DNA of 63,272 nt, the filler included, from Lenisia limosa (taxonomy: Eukaryota > Protista > Breviatea), in NCBI GenBank assembly GCA_001655205.1. It is 10 parts of 10 records of this genome, joined end to end, with 100 filler letters (N's around TTAATTAATTAA, not from the genome) between each part and the next. Parts side by side here need not be neighbours in the genome. Positions count along the whole stretch, not along the records: positions 32,683 to 39,510 come from LPNZ01000944.1; positions 39,611 to 41,383 come from LPNZ01006107.1; positions 41,484 to 45,824 come from LPNZ01005100.1; positions 45,925 to 48,910 come from LPNZ01002790.1; positions 49,011 to 53,534 come from LPNZ01000524.1; 5 more parts are not named here. One strand, given 5' to 3'. Each line of letters starts with the position of its first letter. Within the stretch, counting starts at the first letter, position 1. A program made the position numbers and the translations under genes. A model generated the notes under the pieces. The model was not told where the DNA came from, ran no database searches, and saw nothing but the letters and a program-made list of their open reading frames with translations. Shown piece by piece: positions 37,801-50,139 of the stretch.

Positions 37801-38600
37801 TTCCAAACAGAGTGTTTTATTTCATCAGAAGTGTGAGGTCGCTATCATGTTTTCTATCGTTGTCGTCAACAACTTTTTAGCCATGTAGGTCATGTTACAT
37901 TAATTGCACATTTTACCGCATATGATGTAAGGAGATGTTAGGTTAATCAATGGCATAGACAAACGTAAGGTTGTATCGACCCCTACCCAATATTTACTTT
38001 AATATTGCAGAATGTTTATTTATCAATTAATTCAAGAAGAAATAAAAAAATACACATTCAAAAAAAAGAAGAAGGCAGCTAACAACATAAAATATACGCG
38101 ACTTCCAGTGGACGTTTGGAAACATAATATTCCTTTGTTTAGATTACTATTTTGAAAACGCTGGCTCTTTCAACACTAATAATTCTAGAATTATCTATAG
38201 AGAGGCACCACTGCCGCACAGATTTAGTAAGATTGGATACAAAAATTAATTTTCTAAAACCCCACAGACCCATTTCACACAAGTTTTTGGACAGTTCAGT
38301 GGATCATAACTTGCTTTGTATACTTCGTTTTTGTTCAGTACCGCAGCTATTCGGTTGGTTGGGAGGATGAGTAGAGTGGTTAGTATATTTATCTTATCTA
38401 AGCCAAAATATAACGTCTTCAAAATAATATATTTTATACAATATTATATTGCATTTATTACGGGTTTAGCTTAGCTCTTGTTTCAGTGATATTGAGGGGG
38501 TATATTCCATTCATCTATTGTATTTATCAGATATCAATGAAAAGTATTCGCTTTGAATTAATCATTGTTTCAGAATTGAAAAACACAATAAAATATGACA
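34842..38600 (-). pseudogene. AT-rich decayed coding region(s) of unknown origin
   Basis: Long protein-like minus-strand frames broken by scattered stops and frameshifts, e.g. NELNYSTNEYYQGDWDLKKSMKGIIEKLTLTNFIRFNLNII*ALSF...THAVHDLATYCLFCDWKYAW*IVETG (37150-37950); NDSLVSNFLNGVYSQGSEEN*SRMQERLHNYEY (36000-36420); KIVSELPPTDAFGIPEGPLFTSFIVRASESII* and FVENYIRLTDSEKAIASALSTSN (35000-35520). Confidence 0.4.
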
Positions 38601-39624
38601 CATTTGAGCAGCATTACTCATTTTCTATAATAGTTCATGTATGTGTATAGTATATAATTATATATCGATATACATATATACTATGTACATGTATGTATAG
38701 CGGCAATAAAGTGTGAGACAAAAAGGGGGGTGCTATATACCCCACCAGACCCAGAAGTGTGCCTCATATTTCCAGGTTCATTCCTGATGTTTGTTTAATT
38801 TGATAAGAAATTGGTAGTTACTATTTAATCATGTGACACACATTTAGCAACTACTTATTGTACTGAATGTATTAATGAAGGGATGGATCTTCGTCATTCA
38901 TTTTGATGCTGCAACAAGCTTTGCCTTTAGTAGGTATCTTATATCATTATCTGATGTACATATATTTACAATTTTGATTTTAAAAATAAATTAGTCGCAT
39001 ATTTCCGTTCTACTCACAAACCCGTTTGATCTATCATTAATTTTCTAGTTTTATAACACCTTAGTTTCTGTTTTATCTCTAATCCACTACTATGGTATGG
39101 TGATTCTGTTTTCCATTGACAAAGGTGGGTGGGTCACTTATGTTTCTACTTTAATTCTAAATAACCCCCTTCCTATCAGCTTGGAGAGTTCAGAATTATT
39201 CATGCATTTTACATGAAGGACAACTTCAACGTTCTGTTGATTTGGTATGAAAAAAAGTAACAGCCTAACTACTGAACCCTAGAAGTATCATAGAAGATAA
39301 CATTGCCCCCATCCAGTCATCCTACTGATTTCATAGCTTCTTTGCTTGATGCCGCCAGAACTTGTGCGCAATATGCTGGGGCAAACTCCAGCAGGACAAC
39401 TCACATTTGGTTCTACTATTTCACCCGATCCAATTGTAGATGAAGATTCCACCGTCCTATTTGTGGGTACGATGAAATATACTGTTCATTTAAACATTTT
39501 CAATAATACANNNNNNNNNNNNNNNNNNNNNNNNNNNNNNNNNNNNNNNNNNNNTTAATTAATTAANNNNNNNNNNNNNNNNNNNNNNNNNNNNNNNNNN
39601 NNNNNNNNNNCCCCCCCCCCCCAG

Positions 39625-41220
39625 GGCCTAAACCATCCCGAATGCAAGAACGCTACTCTCCGAGTCCTCTCATCCTGCCTTGGAGAAGGGGGGAACCTCG
39701 AGGACGGTATGATCCCTTATATCTAATGGCATTTTCTCCAAACAAACCATCTTCTCATGTGTGAACTATGAAATGGCCCGGGGGGGGAGGTCCGCAGTGG
39801 GCGTCCTGGTTTATCTTTCCGGGCTTGTCGGAAATGGTCGGCCCGGGTTATTGCTGGAAAGTGTAAAACTTCGCAATTCCTGGGGCTACTTATGGCCAAA
39901 ACGGTTTCTTTGTTTGTATATTTTTGAGTAAATTTATATGTACTATGTTCTAAAAAGCATAATATTTCCTCACTTTCACAGGGCTACTAACGGCCAAAAT
40001 AGCATTAAATCCTCACAATTTCAGGGGCGGGAGCGGAGCAACTCGGTTTTGTCGCCTGTCTCCTTCACACCCCAGTACGCGGCACGGGTTCGAAATTTCC
40101 TTCGTTACCCCCCTCCCTTTACGCCGCTGCTGTTGAAGCGACTGGCCTGAACTTTGTTTTGTTTTGTTGTCNNNNNNNNNNNNNNNNNNNNNNNNNNNNN
40201 NNNNNNNNNNNNNNNNNNNNNNNNNNNNNNNNNNNNNNNNNNNNNNNNNNNNNNNNNNNNNNNNNNNNNTGACACAAGCAGTCACTTGTAGTAATACAAC
40301 TTTTACATTTTTTTATCATTTTTTGGGCCATTTTATTATTCTGATTACCTCTTTTGAACACTTTCACTGTATTACTGTGATATACATGTATCTCTGACAA
40401 TCTAGATCTAATATATGTGTATCTTTTATTAGATAACAAATATATACCGTATATACGCAGTATACCAATGTAACAATCCAGATGATCCCCGATCTTCGGT
40501 CGGCTCTGGTGCTAATGGACCTCTTCTCCGCCCTCCTCGTCCATTCTGAGTATCAGGCTGAGCAGGAGTTCTTGCTGAAGTGAGTGTTGAACATTGATAT
40601 TCCCTGTTATTATTAAGACTAATTCGTTTTTTCTAATATTATGCTTCATAATACTTAATTCGATCCAACCGGTCAAGATTTACATGTTCACTGTATATCA
40701 ATATATCAATGATAAATAAAAAAACAAGCTTTTATCATTTGGATATAGTCAATATTACCACGACCTGTATGATATTAAAAATCGCAGGCTGATCCAATCC
40801 GGTATGACTTTTGTTCCGCAGTCTATTACCCTGTTGACAAAGAAGGCCATCCACAAACTCTATAGCGTTGGGGGGGGGGGGGGANNNNNNNNNNNNNNNN
40901 NNNNNNNNNNNNNNNNNNNNNNNNNNNNNNNNNNNNNNNNNNNNNNNNNNNNNNNNNNNNNNNNNNNNNNNNNNNNNNNNNNNATGCGTGCAATTTTGGG
41001 AACAAAAAAATCATAAAATGCCCCGGATAGGGGAAAAAAAAATTAAAGTGGTGGAGGGGTGAGGGTTAATAATTGGAGTAAATGACTCCCGCTTCATTTC
41101 ACCTCTAACTTCCCACATTTTGACCACTTCAGATCATCCAATCCTCCCCCCACTTGGAGCTTCTCCGAGTCGCCCACTCTATAGCCTACACCATCACTAG
41201 CGCACAGGAGAAAATGGCGC
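39625..41220 (+). CDS. Hypothetical multi-exon protein (partial)
   Basis: Exons HPECKNATLRVLSSCLGEGGNLED | ... MIPDLRSALVLMDLFSALLVHSEYQAEQEFLLK | LIQSGMTFVPQSITLLTKKAIHKLYS | DHPILPHLELLRVAHSIAYTITSAQEKM, each GT-AG flanked. Confidence 0.4.
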
Positions 41221-41849
41221 GTGCGTCTACTATCCCCCAGTGTATGATGGGATACCATTGACCTGGGGTAAAACTTGTTCGATCCAGTTCCTTATCTACT
41301 ACCAAGGTTTATGGTAAAGGACTGGCTGGTGTTTTTGATGAATTATCCCAGTGTAATAAGGGGGTAAATTTGTACGCTGGAGTNNNNNNNNNNNNNNNNN
41401 NNNNNNNNNNNNNNNNNNNNNNNNNNNTTAATTAATTAANNNNNNNNNNNNNNNNNNNNNNNNNNNNNNNNNNNNNNNNNNNNTTATTTTGATATAACTC
41501 CATACAGCCAAAATAGAAAACGAGTTAGATATTGATAAAGCTCAATATCCATGTCAAGACTTATGATGGTCAGTGGACTTATTCAGAGTTTTACTCTTTA
41601 GGCTAAAGTCACGTTATTTGGATGATACGTCCCAGCTGGATGAGGTTTGGTCACATTTATGCTACATACTGTTGAATTAGAAGGCAAATTCAAACAAAAT
41701 TTAATTTGGGCACAAATACATATTATTGAAATGATACCCTGTAAAACCCTATAATCTTTTAGTGTATCTAACCGCCTTCCTTGAGAAGCTTTTTATGGTT
41801 TTCAACAGCAGTGCGTTTTAGTGACAATGACCATTTAGTTCATGTCCAA

Positions 41850-43110
41850 TCTTGTCTGCGGATCTGCCAACCTGAAAGTTGAGGAGATCTGCGATCGGGT
41901 TTGGTTTCGTAATTGCACTAGTCCCGATGGATCTTTTGCGTGGGTTTTTCGGGTTTTTCATGGATCTTTCTTGTGTGTTTCTCGGGTTTTGTGTGTTTCT
42001 GGGAGTTTTTTTGTGGCGCTTTCGCGGGTGTTTTGGGGGGGTTTTGATGCAACACCCTTCTTTTTATCCCTTCGAGTGTTGGGATGCAGTGCTACAGNNN
42101 NNNNNNNNNNNNNNNNNNNNNNNNNNNNNNNNNNNNNNNNNNNNNNNNNNNTGGGCTTTTTTTTAGAAAATTTCCAATTTATTCCCCTCCCCCATCTCCT
42201 ACAGATATATGACATTCGCACTGGCGTTTCTTGTATTCTTCGCTGTGGCTTTTGGTGCGGGTATAGTGCTTCGACCTCAGGAAAAGGTCCAGGTGGGTGG
42301 TACTATTATAATGAAAAAAAGGGAGGGGTGGTAAAGCGAAGGAAATTTTGATGAAGAATATTGGCGTGAAGGTAATCACGAACCGAATAATCTGAAACTC
42401 CAAAAAAACAAAATGTTAATGGTATAGTGGTATTCTAAATTTACATTGTAGATGGTTGACTTTACGTCGTTGAAAACCCCGATGGTCAGAGTTATTGCCC
42501 TTTTCAACGACGAGAAGATAAGCCTAGCTAAACTCGTGGGAGATTTAAGGGCTTTTCTTTTTCTTTTTTGTGTTGTTGGGGTTGTTGGAGTTGTTTCTAA
42601 TAATGTCATAGAATTATATGATATCATATTGCTGGAATATACATGTAGTATACATATTATTATCATATATTTCATAGGCTATAATCAAGCAAGTTGCTAC
42701 CTCGCAGTTCTGGGATAACTGTATTCATTAATATTTTATTATAATTCATTATCTCTTATAAGCGTGATTGTGTGGACGGCTTTGGCTAGATACAACCTTG
42801 TTCTTGTACTTCTCATTGCTATAAGCTGTATAAATTTACATTTATTATCATAATATAAAATGAAATATTATATATACTATATCATATATATTTCATCAAT
42901 TTTACCAAGAAGCTGGTTTTTTATATTTTATAAAAACAAAACAATATTATCCGACATATTTATCCCAGCAGGCGGCTACACAGCTAATACAATGGCCTAT
43001 TACGAAGGCAGTCATCGACGATCCCTTTCACCAAAGTGCGGCGTTTGGGCAATTGAAGGAGATGCTACTTTTGTTTGGGCCAATAACATAGAATGTTCGC
43101 CAATAGCCTA
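41850..43110 (+). CDS. Hypothetical multi-exon protein (partial)
   Basis: Exon-like segments KVEEICDRVWFRNCTSPDGSFAW | IYDIRTGVSCILRCGFWCG | MVDFTSLKTPMVRVIALFNDEKISLAKL with splice signals. Confidence 0.3.
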
Positions 43111-45112
43111 GAGTGTTCGGTTTTGTCATGAGTTTGATTTCTTCTTTGCTCTTTTTCAACTTAATTTTGGATTTGGGCTGTGGGGGGTGGAGTCTTGTTT
43201 AGAACATTGTAACGTAACAAACTGAGGGTGGGAGTGCACTTATACCACTGGAGTGATGGGATGCGGNNNNNNNNNNNNNNNNNNNNNNNNNNNNNNNNNN
43301 NNNNNNNNNNNNNNNNNNNNNNNNNNNNNNNNNNNNNNNNNNNNNNNNNNCATAAATGTTCCACGTTTACTCCGCTCCTCCCGCAGTTCCAAGCCACACA
43401 GCACAGTGGCTCAATGAAACCTATGGTGCCAATCTAGATATTGCCAAACCAAGGGCAATTATACCGGCCGAGGCTGTGGGAGGGGGGCAATCATATGGGG
43501 TGATTATGGAGGCACGCAGAAGGCTGTGTGCACAGAGTTGTAAGGCAAATGATTGGGTGAAGTTGTATAATCCAATATCTCTTTCTAAGAATGGTGTGGC
43601 CAGATACAGCCTTGTTTTTTCTCATTGCTATATATGATAATTATGTATTTATATCTACAGATAATATATCATATGTATTTGGTCATTGAGGTGTTTAGGG
43701 GGTGTTTTTATTGGGGGGTCACTATCATCATTTTTATGGAATAATTTTTTCTAGCCAACAGAGTTGATTTTGGGCGATTCTATGTTTAAGCCCTGCCCCC
43801 CTCCCCCCTGTTATCTCATAGTAGCATTAAAACCCCCGTCCCGTGACTCACCCATTATAACCGCTGGATCTTCATGATAAAAATCTCAATAAAAACTTTG
43901 CCTCAACCCCTCTCCCCTCTTCCTTTTCTGATTGACCCAGGCTTCTTATTGCGCCTTATATTTAATTGATAATACGTTTATATTATATATTTTTGATAAC
44001 CAATTTTTTTGTTTTGTTTTTGTTTTCTAATCATATTTTTGTGGTTTTTACTTATCGAATCATGTGTCATATTTCTGTTTGTTTTTAATTCTCATTGTTT
44101 TGTAGAGTGTGGAATGGTTTGTGCCCACTTTACGACTGGTATGATGGGGAGGGAGTAAGTCATCACCTGCATTATCATTATCAACATTATCATAATCAAC
44201 ATTATCATATCACAACCATCACCATCAATACTGTTTCTGCATCGGGGAACAGAATACACTTTACAAGGACATTTATTGCTTTGTAGTGTATACTGTGGTG
44301 ATTAATTGCTTCCTCCAAAAACATTTCAATCCTATTTAGTCTTGAAATCCGTTTTCTTAGTTTAAAAATGCCCTTTGCCCCTCTTTATCTACTTTCATCT
44401 TACTGTTAGTTTACTGTAACAGGGCACTATGGCGATAAATTGGTTCCTTCAGAACTTCAATTTTGGAACGTTTGCATTCGATTCCCACGCCTTTATTGGC
44501 GTAATGAAGGGTCGGTTTATTTTCAATTATGTCGACGCTCATTGTGGCTATGGGGGGACGAGTTTTTTTGTTTGTTTCATATCCCCCCTCCCCTAGGTGA
44601 AGGTCTCGCTCTTTTAGTTAAGGAAATGGTTGGACGTTACAGCGTGTATTCCTCTTTCCAAGTTACTACAGAAGACATACGGTGAGGAAGGACGGTGAAC
44701 TATGAATTCTCCTACCCTCATACAACACCCGATTGACGATATGGAATAATTAAATTTTTCTTATTAAATGGTGTGGACGGCTTCGGTCAGATAAAACCTA
44801 GTTTTTTATTTCTCATCTCTTTCTGATGGGTGACTGGAGGTGAACAGAGACACTTAGAAGCACTCAGTTATGAACTCATAATTATATATTGTGGGCACAA
44901 AAATGTCACACCTTGCTCTCATTTGGGCCATGATTCACCGGTAAAATAATTTTCGTTGTCTCACTCTATATTATTACTCACTCATGCATTACTTTCTTGG
45001 GTTTACTAGAACATTACCGTTTTTCACATTCGAGTCAGCTACCATATACTAATACATTTTACCATTTAGCCACCACAAATATTCCCACATCCCTTCGTAA
45101 ATACTACCATAC

Positions 45113-45169
45113 CTTGACCTGCTCTTTGATTTCCCAAGGAAAATCGGTCAAGACTTATCCTGGTCAATG
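45113..45169. mobile_element. MITE family D, degenerate copy
   Basis: GATTTCCCAAGGAAAATCGGTCAAGACTTATCCTGGTCAATG-TA; core is the reverse complement of the 61972 copy core. Confidence 0.65.
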
Positions 45170-46423
45170 TATATTTTTGATATTTTTACCCCTGACTTTT
45201 CTCACATTATAGCGAGACCTTCACACGAGCAGAGGCACTTATAAGCGCTACGAACCCCTTTAGTAACGTCGCCAAGGCCGCTGAAGCCCTCAGCTTCCTG
45301 TTTATCATACTGGAAGAGAATCGCCTCAAGTGGTGGGTGCATAGAGGCCAATATATTTATATTTTGTTATAGTCAGAGGAAATGGTGGGTGCATAGAGGC
45401 ATTATAAGAAAAAAATTGCTATAGTATGATAATACTTAAAATGCTTGTCACTGTCATCATCGTAATCATTACCATCATTACCATCACCACCACTATCAAC
45501 AGCATCACCATCATCAGTAGTCAATCAACAACAAAATCCTTCTCATCATCTCACATGTGCAGCTTCTACCGAAGTATTGACTATCTGGCTCTTTTCACCG
45601 GTGGGGAAGGGAGCTGTATACTACCCGGGGTTAAAACTGTTAAACAAATATTGACATGGAAAACCATATCATATGATATATTTTCCACGTTTTTCGTCAG
45701 GTATTATTATTGAGGAACGAAACGCCTCTGAAGAAGGGATTTCTCTGCAGAGTAGCTGCTTAGTCCCCTAGTCGTTGTATGTCAGTTCACACACACACAT
45801 CCTCACTATTAATATGATATCATANNNNNNNNNNNNNNNNNNNNNNNNNNNNNNNNNNNNNNNNNNNNTTAATTAATTAANNNNNNNNNNNNNNNNNNNN
45901 NNNNNNNNNNNNNNNNNNNNNNNNCCCCCCCCCCCCCCAAGAATTTCACCCAAAATTGTGCCCCCGACCACTTTTTTCCAGAACTCAAGATCACCAGACC
46001 TTTCCATTCCTACGTTTAAATGGCAACTTTACTCTATAATTTAATTACAATAGTGTCACCTTATATTTGGGTAAAATAAAATTCAACTTATTTGCGTTAC
46101 ATTTGGTCAAATTCAACTCTTGGGTAAAATTTCCTTATTTGGTAATATTTGGGGGAATTCTACTCGTTTGGCACACTTCTCTTTGTATAATTTGGGTAAA
46201 ATTTTAAATAGAAAACATATGAGTAAAATTCCATATTGCTGGGTGAAATTGCAAAATAACTAAATAGAGGGCTCTGTGCAATTAATGGAAAAATTAATTA
46301 TTTGAAGTACGACCTATTGTAATGGGAACTCCATTTAAGACACTTTTATTTCAAATTTAAATTGATTTCTTCAAAAAATTATTACACTACAAAATAGGGG
46401 GGTGGGATCGTCATTATATATAG

Positions 46424-47118
46424 AGTCAAAGCTCCGGACATCATTCAAAATCTCCGGACACATCGAAACTCCCGGACAGCTTGAATTTTCCCTATAAAAG
46501 TACTATAAACTTCATTTCCTTGTTATTTTCGAAAGTAATTTCACAATAAATTTCAAAAAAAAGTATAAATATCATATATTATTATATATCATAAATAGTC
46601 AAAGCTCCGGACATCATTCAAAATCTCCGGACACATCAAAACTCCTGGACAGCTTGAATTTTCCCATCAAACTTGGCTACCCGTTTGCGGCCCTTAAACT
46701 GCCACAAACAACCAAAACCGTATTATCGGCCACATTCAAGGAATAAATGGCAACTATCCGGGGAAGTTTGACCTTGTAGAAAGCACAATTTTGAACATTT
46801 TTCTCTCAAAATTCACCATTACATAGCCAAAGCAATGGGGAATCCACAACCAATTACTCCGAGGGGTACAATTTTTTGTTTCTTAACACTAAAAGAGGGA
46901 TAGATTTAGAAAAAATCCCGTGAAAAGGCAAAAGGGGCCACCCCCGGGAGACCAAATTCACGAATTTTTGACACTTGCTCAAAAAAAGTTGGGGAACATT
47001 AAGAGGTCATTTTCTCTATATATTTGTCGAACCAGTTTTGTATTAAACACTACCGTTTACCCATACAAGGGGTCAACTTCAAGCTGTCCGGGAGTTTTGA
47101 TGTGTCCGGTGAATTTTG
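46424..47118. mobile_element. Non-autonomous TIR DNA transposon (Tc1/pogo-like) with duplicated left end
   Basis: The ~70-bp unit AGTCAAAGCTCCGGACATCATTCAAAATCTCCGGACACATC.AAACTCC.GGACAGCTTGAA occurs at ~46425 and ~46597. Its reverse complement (CAAGCTGTCCGGGAGTTTTGATGTGTCCGGTGAATTTTG) is at ~47080-47118, cut by a gap. TA-rich flank; no ORF inside. Confidence 0.6.
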
Positions 47119-47494
47119 NNNNNNNNNNATTTGAAGACCCACATATATCAAATGTTTGTCATATATAAAACACATTTATAAGGGTAGGGGTCAGAGCTCA
47201 TTGTATATGTAATGTATGAGGTAAATGCAACACAATTGGGAAAAGTTACCCCTTATTGAGCACATTTCCACTCATTTTTTTTTTTTATAAGGCAAGTGTA
47301 ACAGCAAATTGGGAAAAATTCCACCCTCATTGGTAAAATTCTTAAGAAAAATCCCACATTGCCACAACATTACCAAATATTTGGTCATTCAAAAAATACT
47401 CAAATTACCCATCAATATATATATGAGCAATTAGCAAAGAGCACACAAAAAAGAAAAAAAACATACAATTTTTTTAAAAAATATCAAAAAAAAA

Positions 47495-47566
47495 CGAGCA
47501 CGGCAGGGATCGAACCTGCAGTCTCTTGATCCGTAGTCAAGCGCCTTTCCATTTGGCCACGCACCC
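47495..47566 (-). tRNA. tRNA-Arg (ACG)
   Basis: Reverse complement GGGTGCG TGGCCAAATGGAAAGGC G CTTGA CT-ACG-GA TCAAG AGACT GCAGG TTCGATC CCTGC CGTGCTC G folds as a cloverleaf with A/B boxes and is followed by a T-run (Pol III terminator). Confidence 0.95.
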
Positions 47567-47627
47567 GCTTAAAAATAGTTGAACTAGATTGACATCCAAT
47601 GCTAGTTTTTTTTTAAAGCGAATTTTT

Positions 47628-48798
47628 CACTCTCCAAGTGCCCAGATCACCAGCCGCGTCACCAAGTAATCACCATCCCGCCGCCTCGCTCTAGTCTGTT
47701 TACTCGCCGCCCAGACCGCCCACCGTCCCGCTCCAGAAGAGATCACCCTCCCTCCAGTCCGTCCACACCGCAGCCACTCTGTTTTACTGAATGTTTTTTT
47801 CGATAAATACCTTTTTTCAAATTATTCCTCTACCGCACCGCCTCCGACCCCGGACACCCACGGACTTCGACTTTGACATGGTCATCACGGGCAACCTCAC
47901 CACCCACCCGATATGTCCGTCGTTCCGACATCGTCGAAGTGGAAACAGGTCTGGAGATATAGAGATCACCCCCCCTCTCTCTTCCCGGCATCTATTTACG
48001 ACACTGAGGGCCTTGGTATCCTTCACGCCCTGGGCATCGCCCCGCCAAACGCCCACATTACAATCCGCTGTGACAACAAGGCTATAGTGAATGCCGCTAA
48101 TGATGCCCTTGCCTTGCCTCCGCACCCCAAGAACTCGGCCTCTGCGATCCTTTCCGCCATCTCCATTGCCGCCTCTCACCTCTCCAGCCCGCCCACGATC
48201 AGGATTAGGGCCCACCAGTCTCAAATCAGCCCGATGGCAGTTGCTAACAACCGCGCTGATGCTCTCGCCAAGTCCGCAACGGAGTCGGATGGCCCTCGTC
48301 TATGGGAGCCCTACCTCATGTTTCTCCTCTCTGTGGCCCAAGGCTAGACGATCACCCACTCGTCAAGTCCATCACTCTCGCCGGAAGGCGAACCATGCCC
48401 CGACCACCACTCGCTCTGTCTTGGCCATGTAACCCTCTGCGCTTCCGACCACATTCATCGATACCACCTGTCGATCATCCGGTCCTTCTCACCTCATTTC
48501 CTCCCAGGAGAAACCCCATATGGTAACAACACCCTCAAGCCAAACACCAAGAAAGGTCTCGACTGTATCAAGCCGATCCCTTGGGGTCTCGAGAAACTGC
48601 GCCTCCGCATACTCAGTGGCACAGTCATTCACCCTTGGTGCCGGTATCAACCCACGTTTTCCTCTCTGCCTCCCTGATGGTACACCTCACGTTGAATCCC
48701 TCTGGCATCTCCTTTCAGTCTGTGAACACCCGACAATGGTCGACCTCCGAAGCTGTCTTTTCTACGACCAGGTCCCCTCGTCTGTAATAGCCAGGTAG
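47628..48798 (+). mobile_element. Decayed 5'-truncated non-LTR retrotransposon fragment (RNase H domain plus C-terminal zinc-knuckle-like region)
   Basis: ORF 47913..48347 has RNase H motifs IYDTEGLGILHAL, ITIRCDNKAIVNA and IRAH...ANNRADALAKSA. After an in-frame stop comes KLRLRILSG, and after a frameshift FPLC...ESLWHLLSVC (degenerate CX2C..H..C). The C-rich composition contrasts sharply with the AT-rich flanks; no introns seen. Confidence 0.8.
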
Positions 48799-49110
48799 CT
48801 ATATCGATCGATATACATGTATAGTAAACATAGTATGGTATAATAATATTACATATCGATAAAATATATATCCCTGTCCACAAAAACCGGTTTTTTGGAT
48901 AAATCGGTGCNNNNNNNNNNNNNNNNNNNNNNNNNNNNNNNNNNNNNNNNNNNNTTAATTAATTAANNNNNNNNNNNNNNNNNNNNNNNNNNNNNNNNNN
49001 NNNNNNNNNNTGGTGGACAGCCGAAAGCAGCTAAAGGAGAAGACCCTCGAGTAAAGCAGCAAAAGGTGCTTGAAACCTACCAGGCCAACGTGATAGTGAG
49101 TTGTGGTAGC

Positions 49111-49206
49111 TAGGGCTTCACTTCGGTTCGAATAAAGACTGAATTTCTCGTTCAATTCTCGAAAACTATCGAAATGTCACCAATATTTTTCGAATTGAAG
49201 TCCCCT
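49111..49206. mobile_element. MITE family A
   Basis: TAGGGCTTCACTTCGGTTCGAATAAAGACTG... with a degenerate right TIR. Confidence 0.75.
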
Positions 49207-49249
49207 GCCCGTGACAATACCTGAATACCCCCCCTCTCTCTCTTTAATC

Positions 49250-49658
49250 TCCTCCCAGCCCCTTGCTCCGGAGGATAACGCGAAATCACTCGAAATGGAG
49301 GCTGCTCTACTGGCTGGTATGGGGAGGGGTAGTAGACAAACTGACAAGTCTCAAAGATACTCTGGTACACTCGGGATGAACTCGTGTTATCTTCTTTCGT
49401 CATTTCGACTCGAAAGTCCATATAATCATATACTTGTGGATATGGGAAATGAGGAGAGGGAAGTACATGGGAAGTGAAATGGGAGAATAATGTACATATA
49501 TCGGCTTCGACCAGATACTGCTTATTTGTAGTTTTCCTCACTACATACGAATCCACATTAATACTCATGTCGTCAGGTGAACCGTTAGACACCAGCGAAC
49601 ACGTGAGAACCACATACACAGACATTAAGAAGGACAGTGAAGGAAGTTCCATGGCCAA
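49250..49658 (-). CDS. Hypothetical protein with N-terminal signal-peptide-like segment
   Basis: ORF 49152..49658 begins MAMELPSLSFLMSVYVVLTCSLVSNG (hydrophobic leader) and continues with exon-like segments. Confidence 0.35.
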
Positions 49659-50139
49659 TTTGGCTTGGTAGTTGTCGTGTTTTCTGGTGTTATGGTTTTC
49701 TAAGTGTTATGGTACTGTTGTTTCCCCCTTTTATTAATAAATACCTTCTTGGCGTTATCAATTAGGAATAATTCTCTCCGACATTATGAAGACCCAGCGT
49801 CAATGGAGGTCAATCGCTGGGAGGGGGGGGGGTAAATGAAGGGAATGGAGAAACTATCACGCTAAAAACGCATTTATGTCTGCCAACTCAATAATTCTAA
49901 ATGTCAGCGGGATCCCTGTGCTGTTAAATTAAAGGGTTGGTCGGGCGGAATATAACCATTCAAGGGCTCCGCGCGTGTGTCATGTTTTTCAGTTAACATT
50001 TTTAATTCAGTTGGTACTCCTTTTTTTGCAATATGGGGGAAATCATGACAGTGAAAAGGTTAAATACACTTTCTCTGAAACATCAGAATACCATACAGAG
50101 GCAGGAAATGAGAAAGAGAACAGGAAGGGAGGATCTCAT

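Noticed and set aside
36312-39652. Exact 19-nt inverted match ATCCCGAATGCAAGAACGC between ~36316-36334 and ~39635-39653
   Set aside because: The two sites are on different scaffolds, similarity does not extend into the flanks, and a single chance match of this length in an AT-biased window cannot be excluded.
1193-43637. Many ORF-track entries spanning X/N runs or poly-G/poly-C
   Set aside because: They are artefacts of gaps and homopolymers being translated without stops.
44160-45530. His/Ile/Thr-rich ORFs at 44095..44286 and 45426..45713
   Set aside because: They arise from degenerate (CAT/CAC/ATC)n microsatellites, not supported coding sequence.
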